A stretch of DNA of 46,869 nt, from contig NC_068985.1 of the NCBI RefSeq assembly GCF_001194135.2, forward strand, positions 125,019,731 through 125,066,599, in the 5' to 3' direction. Source of the DNA: Octopus bimaculoides (lineage: Eukaryota). Under the pieces are notes generated by a model, which saw only the letters and a list, made by a program, of their open reading frames with translations, made no database searches and was not told the origin of the DNA. Below, one piece after another: positions 11,563 to 23,596 of the stretch (position 1 is its first letter; each line of letters starts with the position of its first letter). Made by a program: the position numbers and the translations under genes.

Positions 11563-14000
11563 TTGCAACCATTACTGTTCCGTTCTCGTAGGGATATCTA
11601 GCGCTGCAGTATTCTATGTGTTCCTTCATTTTTTTCATCTGAAGGAAATTTAGCTGATATCTATTGTCAGTCATATGTTCACGGGACCATGGATGGCATG
11701 AATGGTAGAGCTCTGGGTTATATTGATTAACGGGCACAGGTTTGGATCTGTGGTTAAGAAATTTCTTTCTTAGTCGCCTGGTTTCGGATTTCTTTCCGAC
11801 GAAGTTGTCCTTTGAGCAAATGTTTACTAGTTTTCTAGCGTATTCTTTGAAATGATTGTCCAACATTTCTCATTTTTGCACATCAAATACCAAAATACAA
11901 TATCGAATATATCTTCTCATTTTTGAAATATCAAGCAGTGATTAGAAGCAGATCTGGTTGCTATTTCTTGCAGGTATAAATGCCTCGTAAGCATCAAACC
12001 CTTACTTCATTGTTAACGTTTTGTGTTTTGGGATAAAAGGGTTTTTCAGGGAGTTCGCTGCTGTTACACATAACATGTGACTAAATATATTACGCAGGCT
12101 ATATTGTAGTTAAGTGATTAAGAAAGCTTAGTTTTCGGATCAGCGTTAAATGTTAGGGGTGGATGGGGAGGAAATTAGCATCTTTGTTATATTTGGTTGG
12201 TGGAGATGGGAGGGTGGTAGTAGTGGTAGAGGTGGGAGGATGGTGGTAGTGGTGGAGGAGTGCGGTGGAGTGTGGTGGTGGAGTGTGATAGAATGTGGTG
12301 GTGACGGTGGTGGTGGTGATGGTGGTGATGGTGGTGGTGGTGGTGGTGGTGGTTGTGGTGGTGGTTGTGGTGGCGTTTGTGGTATTCTGGCTTAGGGATC
12401 TGTTCTTTGTTAAATTGAGTGTGGGAGGGAAACATAAGGAGAGAGAGAGAGAGAGAAAGAGAGAGAAAGACAGAGAGGAAAAAGACGGGAATGGGGAGGA
12501 GTGAGAGAAAGAATGGAGAAAGAGAGAGAAAGTGGGCGATAGAAAGACTGAGAGAGTTTGCATAATGTAAACAGGACAAGACATGAGGTCAAATCCTACG
12601 GAAGGCAATAATACGAGTCTCGGGTTAGAAAATTTCCGATCTTAAGTTTCTTGAGAACATGGAATATTTCAAAAGTAAATGAAAAAAAAACAAAAAAAAA
12701 AAANNNNNNNNNNNNNNNNNNNNNNNNNNNNNNNNNNNNNNNNNNNNNNNNNNNNNNNNNNNNNNNNNNNNNNNNNNNNNNNNNNNNNNNNNNNNNNNNN
12801 NNNNNNNNNNNNNNNNNNNNNNNNNNNNNNNNNNNNNNNNNNNNNNNNNNNNNNNNNNNNNNNNNNNNNNNNNNNNNNNNNNNNNNNNNNNNNNNNNNNN
12901 NNNNNNNNNNNNNNNNNNNNNNNNNNNNNNNNNNNNNNNNNNNNNNNNNNNNNNNNNNNNNNNNNNNNNNNNNNNNNNNNNNNNNNNNNNNNNNNNNNNN
13001 NNNNNNNNNNNNNNNNNNNNNNNNNNNNNNNNNNNNNNNNNNNNNNNNNNNNNNNNNNNNNNNNNNNNNNNNNNNNNNNNNNNNNNNNNNNNNNNNNNNN
13101 NNNNNNNNNNNNNNNNNNNNNNNNNNNNNNNNNNNNNNNNNNNNNNNNNNNNNNNNNNNNNNNNNNNNNNNNNNNNNNNNNNNNNNNNNNNNNNNNNNNN
13201 NNNNNNNNNNNNNNNNNNNNNNNNNNNNNNNNNNNNNNNNNNNNNNNNNNNNNNNNNNNNNNNNNNNNNNNNNNNNNNNNNNNNNNNNNNNNNNNNNNNN
13301 NNNNNNNNNNNNNNNNNNNNNNNNNNNNNNNNNNNNNNNNNNNNNNNNNNNNNNNNNNNNNNNNNNNNNNNNNNNNNNNNNNNNNNNNNNNNNNNNNNNN
13401 NNNNNNNNNNNNNNNNNNNNNNNNNNNNNNNNNNNNNNNNNNNNNNNNNNNNNNNNNNNNNNNNNNNNNNNNNNNNNNNNNNNNNNNNNNNNNNNNNNNN
13501 NNNNNCATATACACACACACCGTGTTGAAGTTAATCCCTCTTCTGACCTTGTATTGAAATCTTCTACGTTCCCCATGCCAACTATTTACCCCTTAAAATG
13601 TTATATCTGGTTCATCAGATATTTTACCCGGTTAACGCTTTCGACATACTCCTACATACTGCATCATCTGAAATCGCAGTCAAAATTTTAGGTGTACCTC
13701 GACCAGTTGAGAGTGATGTTTGTTTATTTCTCTCCTCGTAATGCCACCCCACGTACGAAATTGATCAGAGTGTCCAATCTCAGCAAAACCCGAACAAAAG
13801 TGTTAAGGTTATGTCATAAAATAGAATCCATGTGACCATTTACATGAAAATATGTATATATATCATCAAACTTCGTCACCTCTTGATATCCTGTTGCTTA
13901 TTTTGATTTTATTCACCTTACTTTGAGTTGTACGGATAATACCGCACTGATCTGGTGCCTCAGCTTAAGTACCTAATTCAACTGAATCTCAATTTCTTAT

Positions 14001-14265
14001 ATATATATAAATATATAGTATTAGGGAAAAGAACCAAGGTTCATGAACTCATCGATGAAAATCCAATGTCACATTATAGAAAAATTAATAATTAAAAGCA
14101 CAATAAATGAGTATAATATAATACAAAGTAAATATTTACTTTGTATTATATTATACTCATTTATTGTGCTTTTAATTATTAATTTTTCAATATGTGACAG
14201 TGGATTTTCATCGATGAGTTCATGAACCTTGCTTCTTTTCCCTAAAACTATATATTTATATATAT
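14001..14265. repeat. Near-perfect ~265-bp palindrome
   Basis: Centre at 14133/14134. The inner 110 bp (14079-14188) are a perfect palindrome, and the outer arms match with about 4-5 differences. Confidence 0.95.
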
Positions 14266-14517
14266 TTTATACTGTGAAACTTAATTTAATCTTAATNNNN
14301 NNNNNNNNNNNNNNNNNNNNNNNNNNNNNNNNNNNNNNNNNNNNNNNNNNNNNNNNNNNNNNNNNNNNNNNNNNTGTATGTAGTAGTTGTAGTAGTTGTA
14401 GTAGTAACAGAAAAGAGGAATTTTGATTATCTCCACGTAGTGAGTTGTAATATATATATAAGAAATTAAAAAAGGAAAATGCACACACTTTACATAGTTT
14501 TAATATAATTTTTAATG

Positions 14518-14550
14518 TATCGACCGGTTTCGCTTACGCTATTCATGATA
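14518..14550 (-). ncRNA. Minimal type I hammerhead-like motif, decayed
   Basis: Reverse complement: TATC-ATGAATA-GC GTAA GC-GAAA-C CG G-TC-GATA. The register is exact, but the core reads ATGAATA instead of CTGAAGA. Confidence 0.5.
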
Positions 14551-14819
14551 TTATGGTTTACTTATTTGAATATGCATTTTCTTAAGAGGAAATTTTTGTC
14601 CACGTTGTGTGTGATGATATTTACGAGTGAATGGCTTCACAAGTAGAAAAATAAGGGGAAGTAATTGGTTATCGTTTTTATTGTTGTTGTTGTGGGCAAG
14701 GGAGATAACTGTTCAGCTTTCGGTAAGAGGAAGGAATGTATACGTGTACACACGAAAAAAAGGTTTCGAAAAACTTGTTTAGTGAGGGGATTTATGTACA
14801 GTGATGTAATTGTGAATTG

Positions 14820-15700
14820 AAATATGTAAAAAGATAAAAGTCGGTTATGCGTGCATATTAAGACGTGTTCTATATTTTTCAATGAAAAAAGTTTCTTTAC
14901 GTAAATGTTCTTGTGGAGAGATTGTCTTTGCACTGGTAGAAGAGGAAGACTGTGAAATTTGGTTTGATGTTATCTGCACATTTTTCTATATGTTCACTGA
15001 GAGGAATTTGCCTGTATTGCGGGAAACGGATTTGCTCCGATATGTAGCTAACAATGAATAATATGTTCACTGATATTGCAAAATCATGCCGGGCTGAAAT
15101 AAACTGCAAGACACTCATACACAGGAAAAAAATTGTAGGCTCAAGGCATTCCTAAATGTTATCTATAAATTGTAAATAGATCGCTTGAATGATTTCCTAC
15201 AAGAGCACTGTGAAACAGAGTTTAATGAGCTGACTCGAGGAAAAAAAGAAGTTTAAGGATGTGCTAAATACTTCTCTTCACCAACAGAGCTGTCCTTAAA
15301 GGAAAAAAAAAAGCAGCATCAACATGGAGCACACAGCAGTCACTAAGAATTGAAGCAAGTACAATTGGGGGCAATTAGCGAGATGTACCAAAATGACTGC
15401 TTGTCTGTAATGTACGTTTTTGCAAGTGAAGCTCTGGACAGCTCTGTTGAGGACATCCCGAGGTTACATGTTTGGATCAGCAGAAAAGACGAAAATTATT
15501 GTCACTAACGCGTGTTTGAGTTGATCTCAGAGTTGTACTCAAGTAATAAGCCTGACGATAAGCGGCAATTAGAACTGATTGCAACATTCTTACGGGAGAT
15601 ACATAAAAATTCAAAAGGCCAAGAATATCTCGAAATTGATGAGAAAGCTGCACATATCGGTATTACGAGAAAAAGCGAGTGATAAAGGACTACTTCAGTA
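14820..15700 (+). pseudogene. Unidentified decayed intronless coding sequence
   Basis: Protein-like stretches with scattered stops and at least one frameshift: MKKVSLRKCSCGEIVFALVEEEDCEIWFDVIC..; RLNDFLQEHCETEFNELTRGKKE; VFELISELYSSNKPDDKRQLELIATFLREIHKNSKGQEYLEIDEK. Confidence 0.45.
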
Positions 15701-15845
15701 AACTTCGTGAGATATAGAAGTTAAAGGTAATCTGAAGAGATACCTTATAGTTTTAACAGTGGTAGTAATAGTATCAACATTTGAGATAATAGGGAGAATA
15801 CTAGAACAACATTCGCAATTTGAACATAAAAACTAGTATGATATT

Positions 15846-16047
15846 GGTTTCAAATTTTGGTACAAGGCCAGCAGGTCTGGAGAGGGATTAAATCGACCCT
15901 AGTATTTAACTGGTACTTATTTTATCGACCTCGAAAGTATGGAAGTTAAAGTCAACTACGGCGGAGATTGCATTTAAAACGTAACGACGGACGAAATGAC
16001 GCTAAGCATTTCACTCGGCGTGCTAATGGTTCTACCAGCTCGACACC
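15846..16047 (-). mobile_element. SINE family A copy
   Basis: Reverse complement of the GAGCTGGTAGAACCATTAGCAC..CGTCCGTCGTTACG..GGTCGATAAAATAAGTACCAG..GGCCTTGTACCAAAATTTGAAACC pattern seen in the other A copies. Confidence 0.8.
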
Positions 16048-16136
16048 TTCCAAACTAAGAAGATATTAACCATGAATAATAACTTCCGTATGAACAGTGA
16101 TATTAACAGGCTATAAATTAAACAGAAGACTAAAAC

Positions 16137-16445
16137 TGGTACTCCGTCGGTGACAACGACACGGGTTCCAATTGGTCCGATCAACAGAACAGCCTGCTCG
16201 TGAAATTAACGTGCAATTGGCTGAGAACTTCACAAATATGCGTATTCTTAACGCAGTTCTCAGGGAGATTCAGAATGGGACAAGGCTGGCCCTTTGAAAT
16301 ACTGGTAGAAGTCATTTTTTCAATCTGGGTGGATTGGAGCAACGCGAAAAAAATACCTTGCTCAAGGAAACGCACCTCCCGGAATCGAACTCACGACCTT
16401 ACGATCATGATCCGAATACTCTAACCACTTAGTCACGCATCTTCA
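16137..16445 (-). mobile_element. tRNA-derived SINE family C with CORE-like segment
   Basis: The reverse-complement head GCGTGACTAAGTGGTTAGAG..GAGTTCGATTCC carries box A and box B, followed by CCTTGAGCAAG (CORE-like) and a non-tRNA body. Confidence 0.8.
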
Positions 16446-16542
16446 CTAGATTAAACAGAGAGATGGAGTCAGAGGCAATAGGATCACTCCAAGTGGTATT
16501 TGTGTGCCCTTTGTAAAAGTCAGACAACACCTACTTAATAAT

Positions 16543-16746
16543 GGTTTCAAATTTTGCCACAAGGGTTGTAATTAGATGTGTGTGGGTGCGGATGAGTCGA
16601 TTACATCGACCCCAGTGTTCAACGGATACCTATTTTTTCGACTCCGAAAGTATGAAAGGCAAAATCGAACTCGGCGGAATTTGAACTCAGCTACGGGCGA
16701 AATACCACTGAACGTAGCTGCGGGCGAAATACCACTGATCATTTCG
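16543..16746 (-). mobile_element. 5'-truncated SINE family A copy with 16-bp target-site duplication
   Basis: ACACCTACTTAATAAT occurs at both 16527-16542 and 16747-16762. There is an internal tandem duplication of AGCT(A/G)CGGGCGAAATACCACTGA. Confidence 0.85.
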
Positions 16747-16914
16747 ACACCTACTTAATAATAAAGAGAGATATGAGTATATTATGTGTACTCAACATCG
16801 TATATAAATGGTTACTCGGAGTATACAGCTGTTCCATGTGACCTTAGGCTTGCTAGATTAAACTGTATACAAACGCATGAATGCGTTCACTATCAATCAA
16901 TCAATCAATCAATG

Positions 16915-16983
<69 letters not shown>

Positions 16984-17197
16984 GTTTAACTCCTATTTGT
17001 CCTTGTTCACAAAATATTTGTTTCGTTTCTTTATTCTCTTTCTCTCTATATTTTCTTTTACTCATATATACAAGATACAAGATACAATTACATACGGTTG
17101 TTTGTGTGTATATTTGCAAAAAGTAATATATTTTTATCAGGTCGTCTCTATATTGTTTAACTCTTTGACTCGTTCATATTTTCTCTCTCTTTCTCTT

Positions 17198-17293
<96 letters not shown>

Positions 17294-17753
17294 GTATGTA
17301 TGTATATATATATATATGTATATATANNNNNNNNNNNNNNNNNNNNNNNNNNNNNNNNNNNNNNNNNNNNNNNNNNNNNNNNNNNNNNNNNNNNNNNNNN
17401 NNNNNNNNNNNNNNNNNNNNNNNNNNNNNNNNNNNNNNNNNNNNNNNNNNNNNNNNNNNNNNNNNNNNNNNNNNNNNNNNNNNNNNNNNNNNNNNNNNNN
17501 NNNNNNNNNNNNNNNNNNNNNNNNNNNNNNNNNNNNNNNNNNNNNNNNNNNNNNNNNNNNNNNNNNNNNNNNNNNNNNNNNNNNNNNNNNNNNNNNNNNN
17601 NNNNNNNNNNNNNNNNNNNNNNNNNNNNNNNNNNNNNNNNNNNNNNNNNNNNNNNNNNNNNNNNNNNNNNNNNNNNNNNNNNNNNNNNNNNNNNNNNNNN
17701 NNNNNNNNNNNNNNNNNNNNNNNNNNNNNNNNNNNNNNNNNNNNNNNNNNNNN

Positions 17754-17795
<42 letters not shown>

Positions 17796-18227
17796 AATGT
17801 GTGTGTACAGCTGTGTGTGTTTATATATGTGTGTGAGTGAGTGTGTGTGTAAGTGTGTGTATATCTACACAGTCTTGTGAAAATAAAACACGTAGAATTC
17901 CATTATAAATATTTACTTTCCGGAATTACACAAAATTTTAAATCATACGTAAAACACGTTAGAATTCTCTAAAGACCAATATAATGTTTAGGTAAAAATA
18001 GATTATGTTTATCGCACCAGAATATAAAAATAAATAGAAAACCAAATACGAGTTTGTCATGGAATATTGCCCTGTCATGTTTTAAAACTTTGTTAACGAA
18101 ACCAAGAAAATTCTTCAGGAAACAGATGGTACGAAATACTAAATTTCTTTACCTATGACCTCAAATCTATATAACATGCAACATTAAATGCAAGCATACA
18201 ACCAGATTACATACATCTCAGCTATTA

Positions 18228-18278
<51 letters not shown>

Positions 18279-18671
18279 AATATCGAACACATATGCACAA
18301 GGTATATGTTTCGCTAGTTCGTGGGTAGGCTTCGCTTATAGGCGTTAGAAAATATATTCTCTTAAATGCGCCCGGTATTAAAACCACTGAAAGTCATAGA
18401 CAAGCCAGATAACGCGCTCGAGATCCCATTGAGGCGGTTTAGACCTCGATGTTTCGTAATTTTTGTGACTTGTGAATACCGCGTCATACACACACACACA
18501 CACACACACGCACATACACACACACACATATATAGGTGCATGTCCATGTGTGTGTATTTATAGATGGACGTATGTATACGAATGAGTACATATATACATA
18601 CGTTCATACACATACGTATGCATATATGACCATATTCATACATTATATACATGCATACTAATACACACACT

Positions 18672-18711
<40 letters not shown>

Positions 18712-18937
18712 NNNNNNNNNNNNNNNNNNNNNNNNNNNNNNNNNNNNNNNNNNNNNNNNNNNNNNNNNNNNNNNNNNNNNNNNNNNNNNNNNNNNNNNNN
18801 NNNNNNNNNNNNNNNNNNNNNNNNNNNNNNNNNNNNNNNNNNNNNNNNNNNNNNNNNNNNNNNNNNNNNNNNNNNNNNNNNNNNNNNNNNNNNNNNNNNN
18901 NNNNNNNNNNNNNNNNNNNNNNNNNNNNNNNNNNNNN

Positions 18938-18993
<56 letters not shown>

Positions 18994-19064
18994 TGTACAT
19001 ATGTATGTGTGTGTGTGTATTTGACTGCATTATGTAGATGAAGAGGTAGTGAGTAATATGTCAA

Positions 19065-19230
19065 GCAATATGCCCGTCGTTATGTTCTGAGTTCAAATTC
19101 CGCCGAAGTCGATTTTACCTTTCATCTTTTCGGTGTCGATAGAATGAACACCAGTTGAGCACTGGGGGCGATGTAATCGTCTCGCCTCCTCCCCTAAAAT
19201 TACAGGCCTTGTGCCTATAATAGAAAGGAT
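19065..19230 (+). mobile_element. SINE family A copy (5'-truncated)
   Basis: TTCTGAGTTCAAATTCCGCCGAAGTCGA..CACCAGTTGAGCACTGGGGGCGATGTAATCG..GGCCTTGTGCCTATAATAGAAAG. Confidence 0.85.
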
Positions 19231-19920
19231 TTTTATTATACGCATAAAAGGGTGCATATAAGTAGATGCTTATATACATCCATAGATATTTAAATCTATG
19301 CACTCATACATACACATTCGCATACTTACATGCATTGTCTCATTTATGCATGGGTAATATATATATAAATACAGGCGTACACACAGTGGTATATAATGAA
19401 AAGTTACACTATTCTGATATATATACTGTGCTTGTCTTTCATGTGTCTATATAAGATTATATACATAATGAGATCTCCGGTTCACAAATGTGACATATAT
19501 ATACATATACATACATACGTACATACATGCACACATATATATATATATATATGTATATGTATGTATGTATGTATATTTGTATGTATGTATGTATATTTGT
19601 ATGTATGTATGTATGTATATGTGTCTGTGGGTACAGCTCGTGGATGTATATGTGTATTAGTAATTATACATATGGCAAAATATATATACATACATGTTAT
19701 ATCTTTTTAAACCACTATTCATTATTATTTCAAATTAGAAGCCATTATATATATATATATGTATANNNNNNNNNNNNNNNNNNNNNNNNNNNNNNNNNNN
19801 NNNNNNNNNNNNNNNNNNNNNNNNNNNNNNNNNNNNNNNNNNNNNNNNNNNNNNNNNNNNNNNNNNNNNNNNNNNNNNNNNNNNNNNNNNNNNNNNNNNN
19901 NNNNNNNNNNNNNNNNNNNN

Positions 19921-19961
<41 letters not shown>

Positions 19962-20261
19962 AGAAATGGATAGATAGATGATAGATAGATACGTACATAC
20001 ATACGTATGTATGTGCATGAGTGCATGTGTATGTATTGTATATATTTCATATATTAGGTTACAGAGTAATAAATGTATATACACGTCGCACGAATCTGAG
20101 TAAATATTTATACTTGGGTGCATGTATGCAAACGAGTGTGAAAATATGTTTATGATATATATTTATATGTATATTAATGTTTGCTTTTAGGTCAAGTTAT
20201 AATAAAACAGTTTTACTCAAAACTGAAGAATTATTCAATACTGTTTAACGAGTACACGTTT

Positions 20262-20560
20262 ATTGTACTTTTACAAAAAGATGGTTAACGGTGACTTCGA
20301 AGTTTCGACCTGTTAGCCATTCATCGGAGAACAGCACACTTGGTTTCATTTTGGTTTATATTTTCGCTAATGAGCTGTTTTTTTTCTCTGGGATATGTGG
20401 AACAATGTGTAAAGGTAATTAGGTTTAGTGCATGTACATCTGGGAAATATATAGTACTAGAGACTACATAAAGTCAAGATGGACACAAATGTTTTGCAGC
20501 CTGGTGAGGGCGCATAGGCCGAAACTGTGAAGTCTCTGTTACTCCTTTTCTTGTAAAACT
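20262..20560. mobile_element. Short element bounded by ~60-bp inverted repeats, each carrying a hammerhead-like motif
   Basis: The reverse complement of 20262-20327 aligns with 20501-20560 (C.G.TGA..GGC...AGG.CGAAACT..GAAGTC.C.GTTA....TTGTAAAA). Confidence 0.65.
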
Positions 20561-20583
20561 AACATATGTATAATATGTAAGGT

Positions 20584-20796
20584 GGTGGGTGACCTTGCAG
20601 AATCGCTTGAAGACTGGGCAAAATGCTTAGCAGTGTTTCGTTCGTCTTTGCGTTCTGAGTTCTAATTCCGCCGAGCTCCACGGTGCCATTCATATTTACT
20701 GAGTCGATAGAATAAATAACTGTTGATCACTGGGGTCGATGTAATCGACTTGCCTACTCTTCCGAACTTTCTGACCTTGCGCCAAATTTGAACCCA
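20584..20796 (+). mobile_element. SINE family A copy
   Basis: GCAGAATCG..AAATGCTTAGC..TTCTGAGTTCTAATTCCGCCGAG..CACTGGGGTCGATGTAATCGACT..AAATTTGAA. Confidence 0.8.
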
Positions 20797-20801
20797 TGAA
20801 C

Positions 20802-20847
<46 letters not shown>

Positions 20848-21331
20848 GCGTAGGCAGCTATACGCAATATAGAGCTCAAAAGGAAAAATCCAATCGTCAT
20901 TAATTGAGACTGAGGGTGCTGAGTAGCATCTGTATTGCTAGAAATGAGAGTTAAAGCCATTAGAACTGCAAGGAAGCACATTTTCATATACTGACAGGGG
21001 AAATAACCACTCTATGAAGTTTTTCTTTTATATATCATTCAACCATGGTAGTGGTTGAATATATTCTTAAGTCCACCATTTCGTTGATCACAGCAGCTTC
21101 CAAGCTTTACCATTAATTCAGTTCTCATCTAAATTGCGAGCTGTTAACAGTTTTAAAGAGGGCATCTCTTCAGCTACATTTTGGCATAAATAGTTTGAGA
21201 TTCGGTTCAGTAGAAAAAAGTTACATCAAAACATGTAAGGTGGGCAGTAAGTCACCTATTCATCTTCAATTAACATAATTTAAAAAAATTTTTAAATCAA
21301 AGCATACTTTTCTTAGGCTTAAAAGATAGAA

Positions 21332-21367
21332 AAATGCATGAAGAATTCCGAAACGTTAGTTGCATTT
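21332..21367 (+). ncRNA. Minimal hammerhead-like motif, partly deleted
   Basis: AAATGCA-TGAAGA-ATTCC-GAAACGTT-AGT-TGCATTT: a 7-bp distal stem I and a GAAACGTT end, but C3 and the stem II 5' strand are missing. Confidence 0.45.
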
Positions 21368-21504
21368 AACAAAAATTAGTAGAAAAAAAAAAGTTATGAG
21401 GTGAAACGTCATGAAATTTATTGTCAGTAAGTGAGGAAGTAAGAAGTAACGCCCCAAGCAATAATGTTAAGAATATATTTCTAAAATGAATCCCTACATC
21501 GCCT

Positions 21505-21620
21505 CGAGACGAGCTGGCAATTACGTTAGCGCGACGGGTGAAATGCTTCATTGTATTTCGGCATGTCTTTTCGTTCTGAGTTCAAATTCTGCCTAGGTCG
21601 ACTTTACCTTTCATGCATTT
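21505..21620 (+). mobile_element. SINE family A, 5' part
   Basis: GACGAGCTGGCAATTACGTTAGC..TTCTGAGTTCAAATTCTGCCTAGGTCGACTTTACCTTTCAT. Confidence 0.8.
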
Positions 21621-23306
21621 TATTTAATAAAGTTATTATTAATTTTCTCTTTCAGCTTCAATTAACTTGCTTTTCCTTTTTAGTTACTTTCTTTTTCTTT
21701 TTAGTTAATTATTTAAGCAGGCTAGTTCATTAATGTGTTATATGCTTCAGATATGTGCTTCTAAATTTATTGGGGCAAGAATATAGTAATTTTTGGCTGT
21801 GTCTCTATGGGCAGACCTGAAGGCATGAAGTAAGGCTGTCCAGAAAAAGGCATTGGTTAAAAGTGTTTATATTCTAAATTTACTTATTAAATTTCAAAAT
21901 TAATTAAAAGAGGTTTTTCATAAATCAAATTTATGTTAATGGGATGTAGGTAATTTTAACTTGTGTGTATCTGATATGCTTTTATAATTACTGTTGTATT
22001 GAATAATTATTGATAGATCAAGATTAGCAGCAATCTAGATTACTTAAGGTGAGCCTGGTAACTGATGGTTTTGGGGTTTTGTTGTTTGTAACTTTTGGTG
22101 AGCCATGGTGCAACCAACAAGATGGTAAAATTCCCTGCCATTAATTTCTTGTGGATGGGTAATATCAAATAATTCAATCACAACATATATTTGAATTAAA
22201 CATGAAAAAATTGAAATATTATCATCACTTACATGGAAAAATTGAAATATTATCTTTTAGTATTTTATAAGGTAAAATCTTAAATTATTAATTGACACAT
22301 TATTAATNNNNNNNNNNNNNNNNNNNNNNNNNNNNNNNNNNNNNNNNNNNNNNNNNNNNNNNNNNNNNNNNNNNNNNNNNNNNNNNNNNNNNNNNNNNNN
22401 NNNNNNNNNNNNNNNNNNNNNNNNNNNNNNNNNNNNNNNNNNNNNNNNNNNNNNNNNNNNNNNNNNNNNNNNNNNNNNNNNNNNNNNNNNNNNNNATAAC
22501 ACTATACTTATTTAAGTAGAATTTGGCTAATTTACTACCTTAAATACAGAAAAAAGTGACTAATTAGATAAACTTACAAATTAGCTGAACAGTTTTGTAC
22601 AATAAATTTAAAAGATGGGAACTGTAAAGAGTGATAAATTTGAAGAACTGGTATTCTTTGCTGCAATATTTTAAGTAAAATGTTTCTTATTCTTTACTTT
22701 ACTAGAAGTAATACCTTGTCCTATACTTTTACAGGTTTATAATCTTAAGAATATTACTTTTCTGTAAAAGTATTCAGATCCAAAATCTCACCGTAGTATT
22801 TATCATCATGGTGTTTACTTAACAATCCACACGATCATTTTATCCGCAAATGCCTCAAACCGACCTAAAACCAACCTAAAATTCATCTCTAAGTTTATAA
22901 TAAATATATATATAGATAGGCATAACATCTCTAACAATGCGCAATGATCAATGTTTTTTCTTTTTTTACTGTTACGCTTTAGACAATCTATTTTTACCAC
23001 AACATTTCTATATGATACAATTTAATGAAATATTTAAGTATCTATAACACTCATTGTATGAATAAGATGAATTGGAGAGATCGCAAGCGAAAATGTTTAG
23101 TTTTTAGGAATGGATTAGGTAAATTCCATCCTTATATCTGCTGAAAAAGCTTTTATTAAATTTGCCTCTCAACCTTCTAAATAAACTCAGAATGTATTGT
23201 TATGTATTTCATATTTTACGTTTCACTATAATAAATGAATGTGAAGACATGTGTTACACTGCCGTTTGTTCCTGTTATAGATGTTTCATTATTACATTTA
23301 CCGCCT

Positions 23307-23510
23307 AGGCGGCTAGCTAACAGAACCGTTAGCACATCGGTTAAGATGCTTCGCGGTATTTCCTCCGGCTTTACGATCTGAGTTCAAATTCTAGTGAGGT
23401 CGAACTCGCCTTTCATCTTTGCGGGTTACTAAAAATAAAAATGTCGCGCATTGAGTGTCGATGTGATCGACTACCATCCTACCTCCAAAATTTCGGTCCT
23501 TTTATAGAAA
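23307..23510 (+). mobile_element. SINE family A copy
   Basis: GGCGGCTAGCTAACAGAACCGTTAGCAC..TCTGAGTTCAAATTC..GAGGTCGAA..GTCGATGTGATCGACT. Confidence 0.8.
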
Positions 23511-23596
23511 TAATTATGATTAATTTATATGAAGAAATTAGTTGTATTGTTTCTTTTTTTTCTGTTAGATGTGTTTCATAAAGATGTAAGATGCCT

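Noticed and set aside
16380-16445. tRNA genes (here and at 44396-44460 and 45085-45163)
   Set aside because: The box A/B heads lack a closing acceptor stem and run into SINE bodies.
22040-22160. Possible Penelope RT remnant (EFYHLVGCTM/GSP after a frameshift)
   Set aside because: A single short motif that needs an assumed frameshift, with no other RT motifs nearby.
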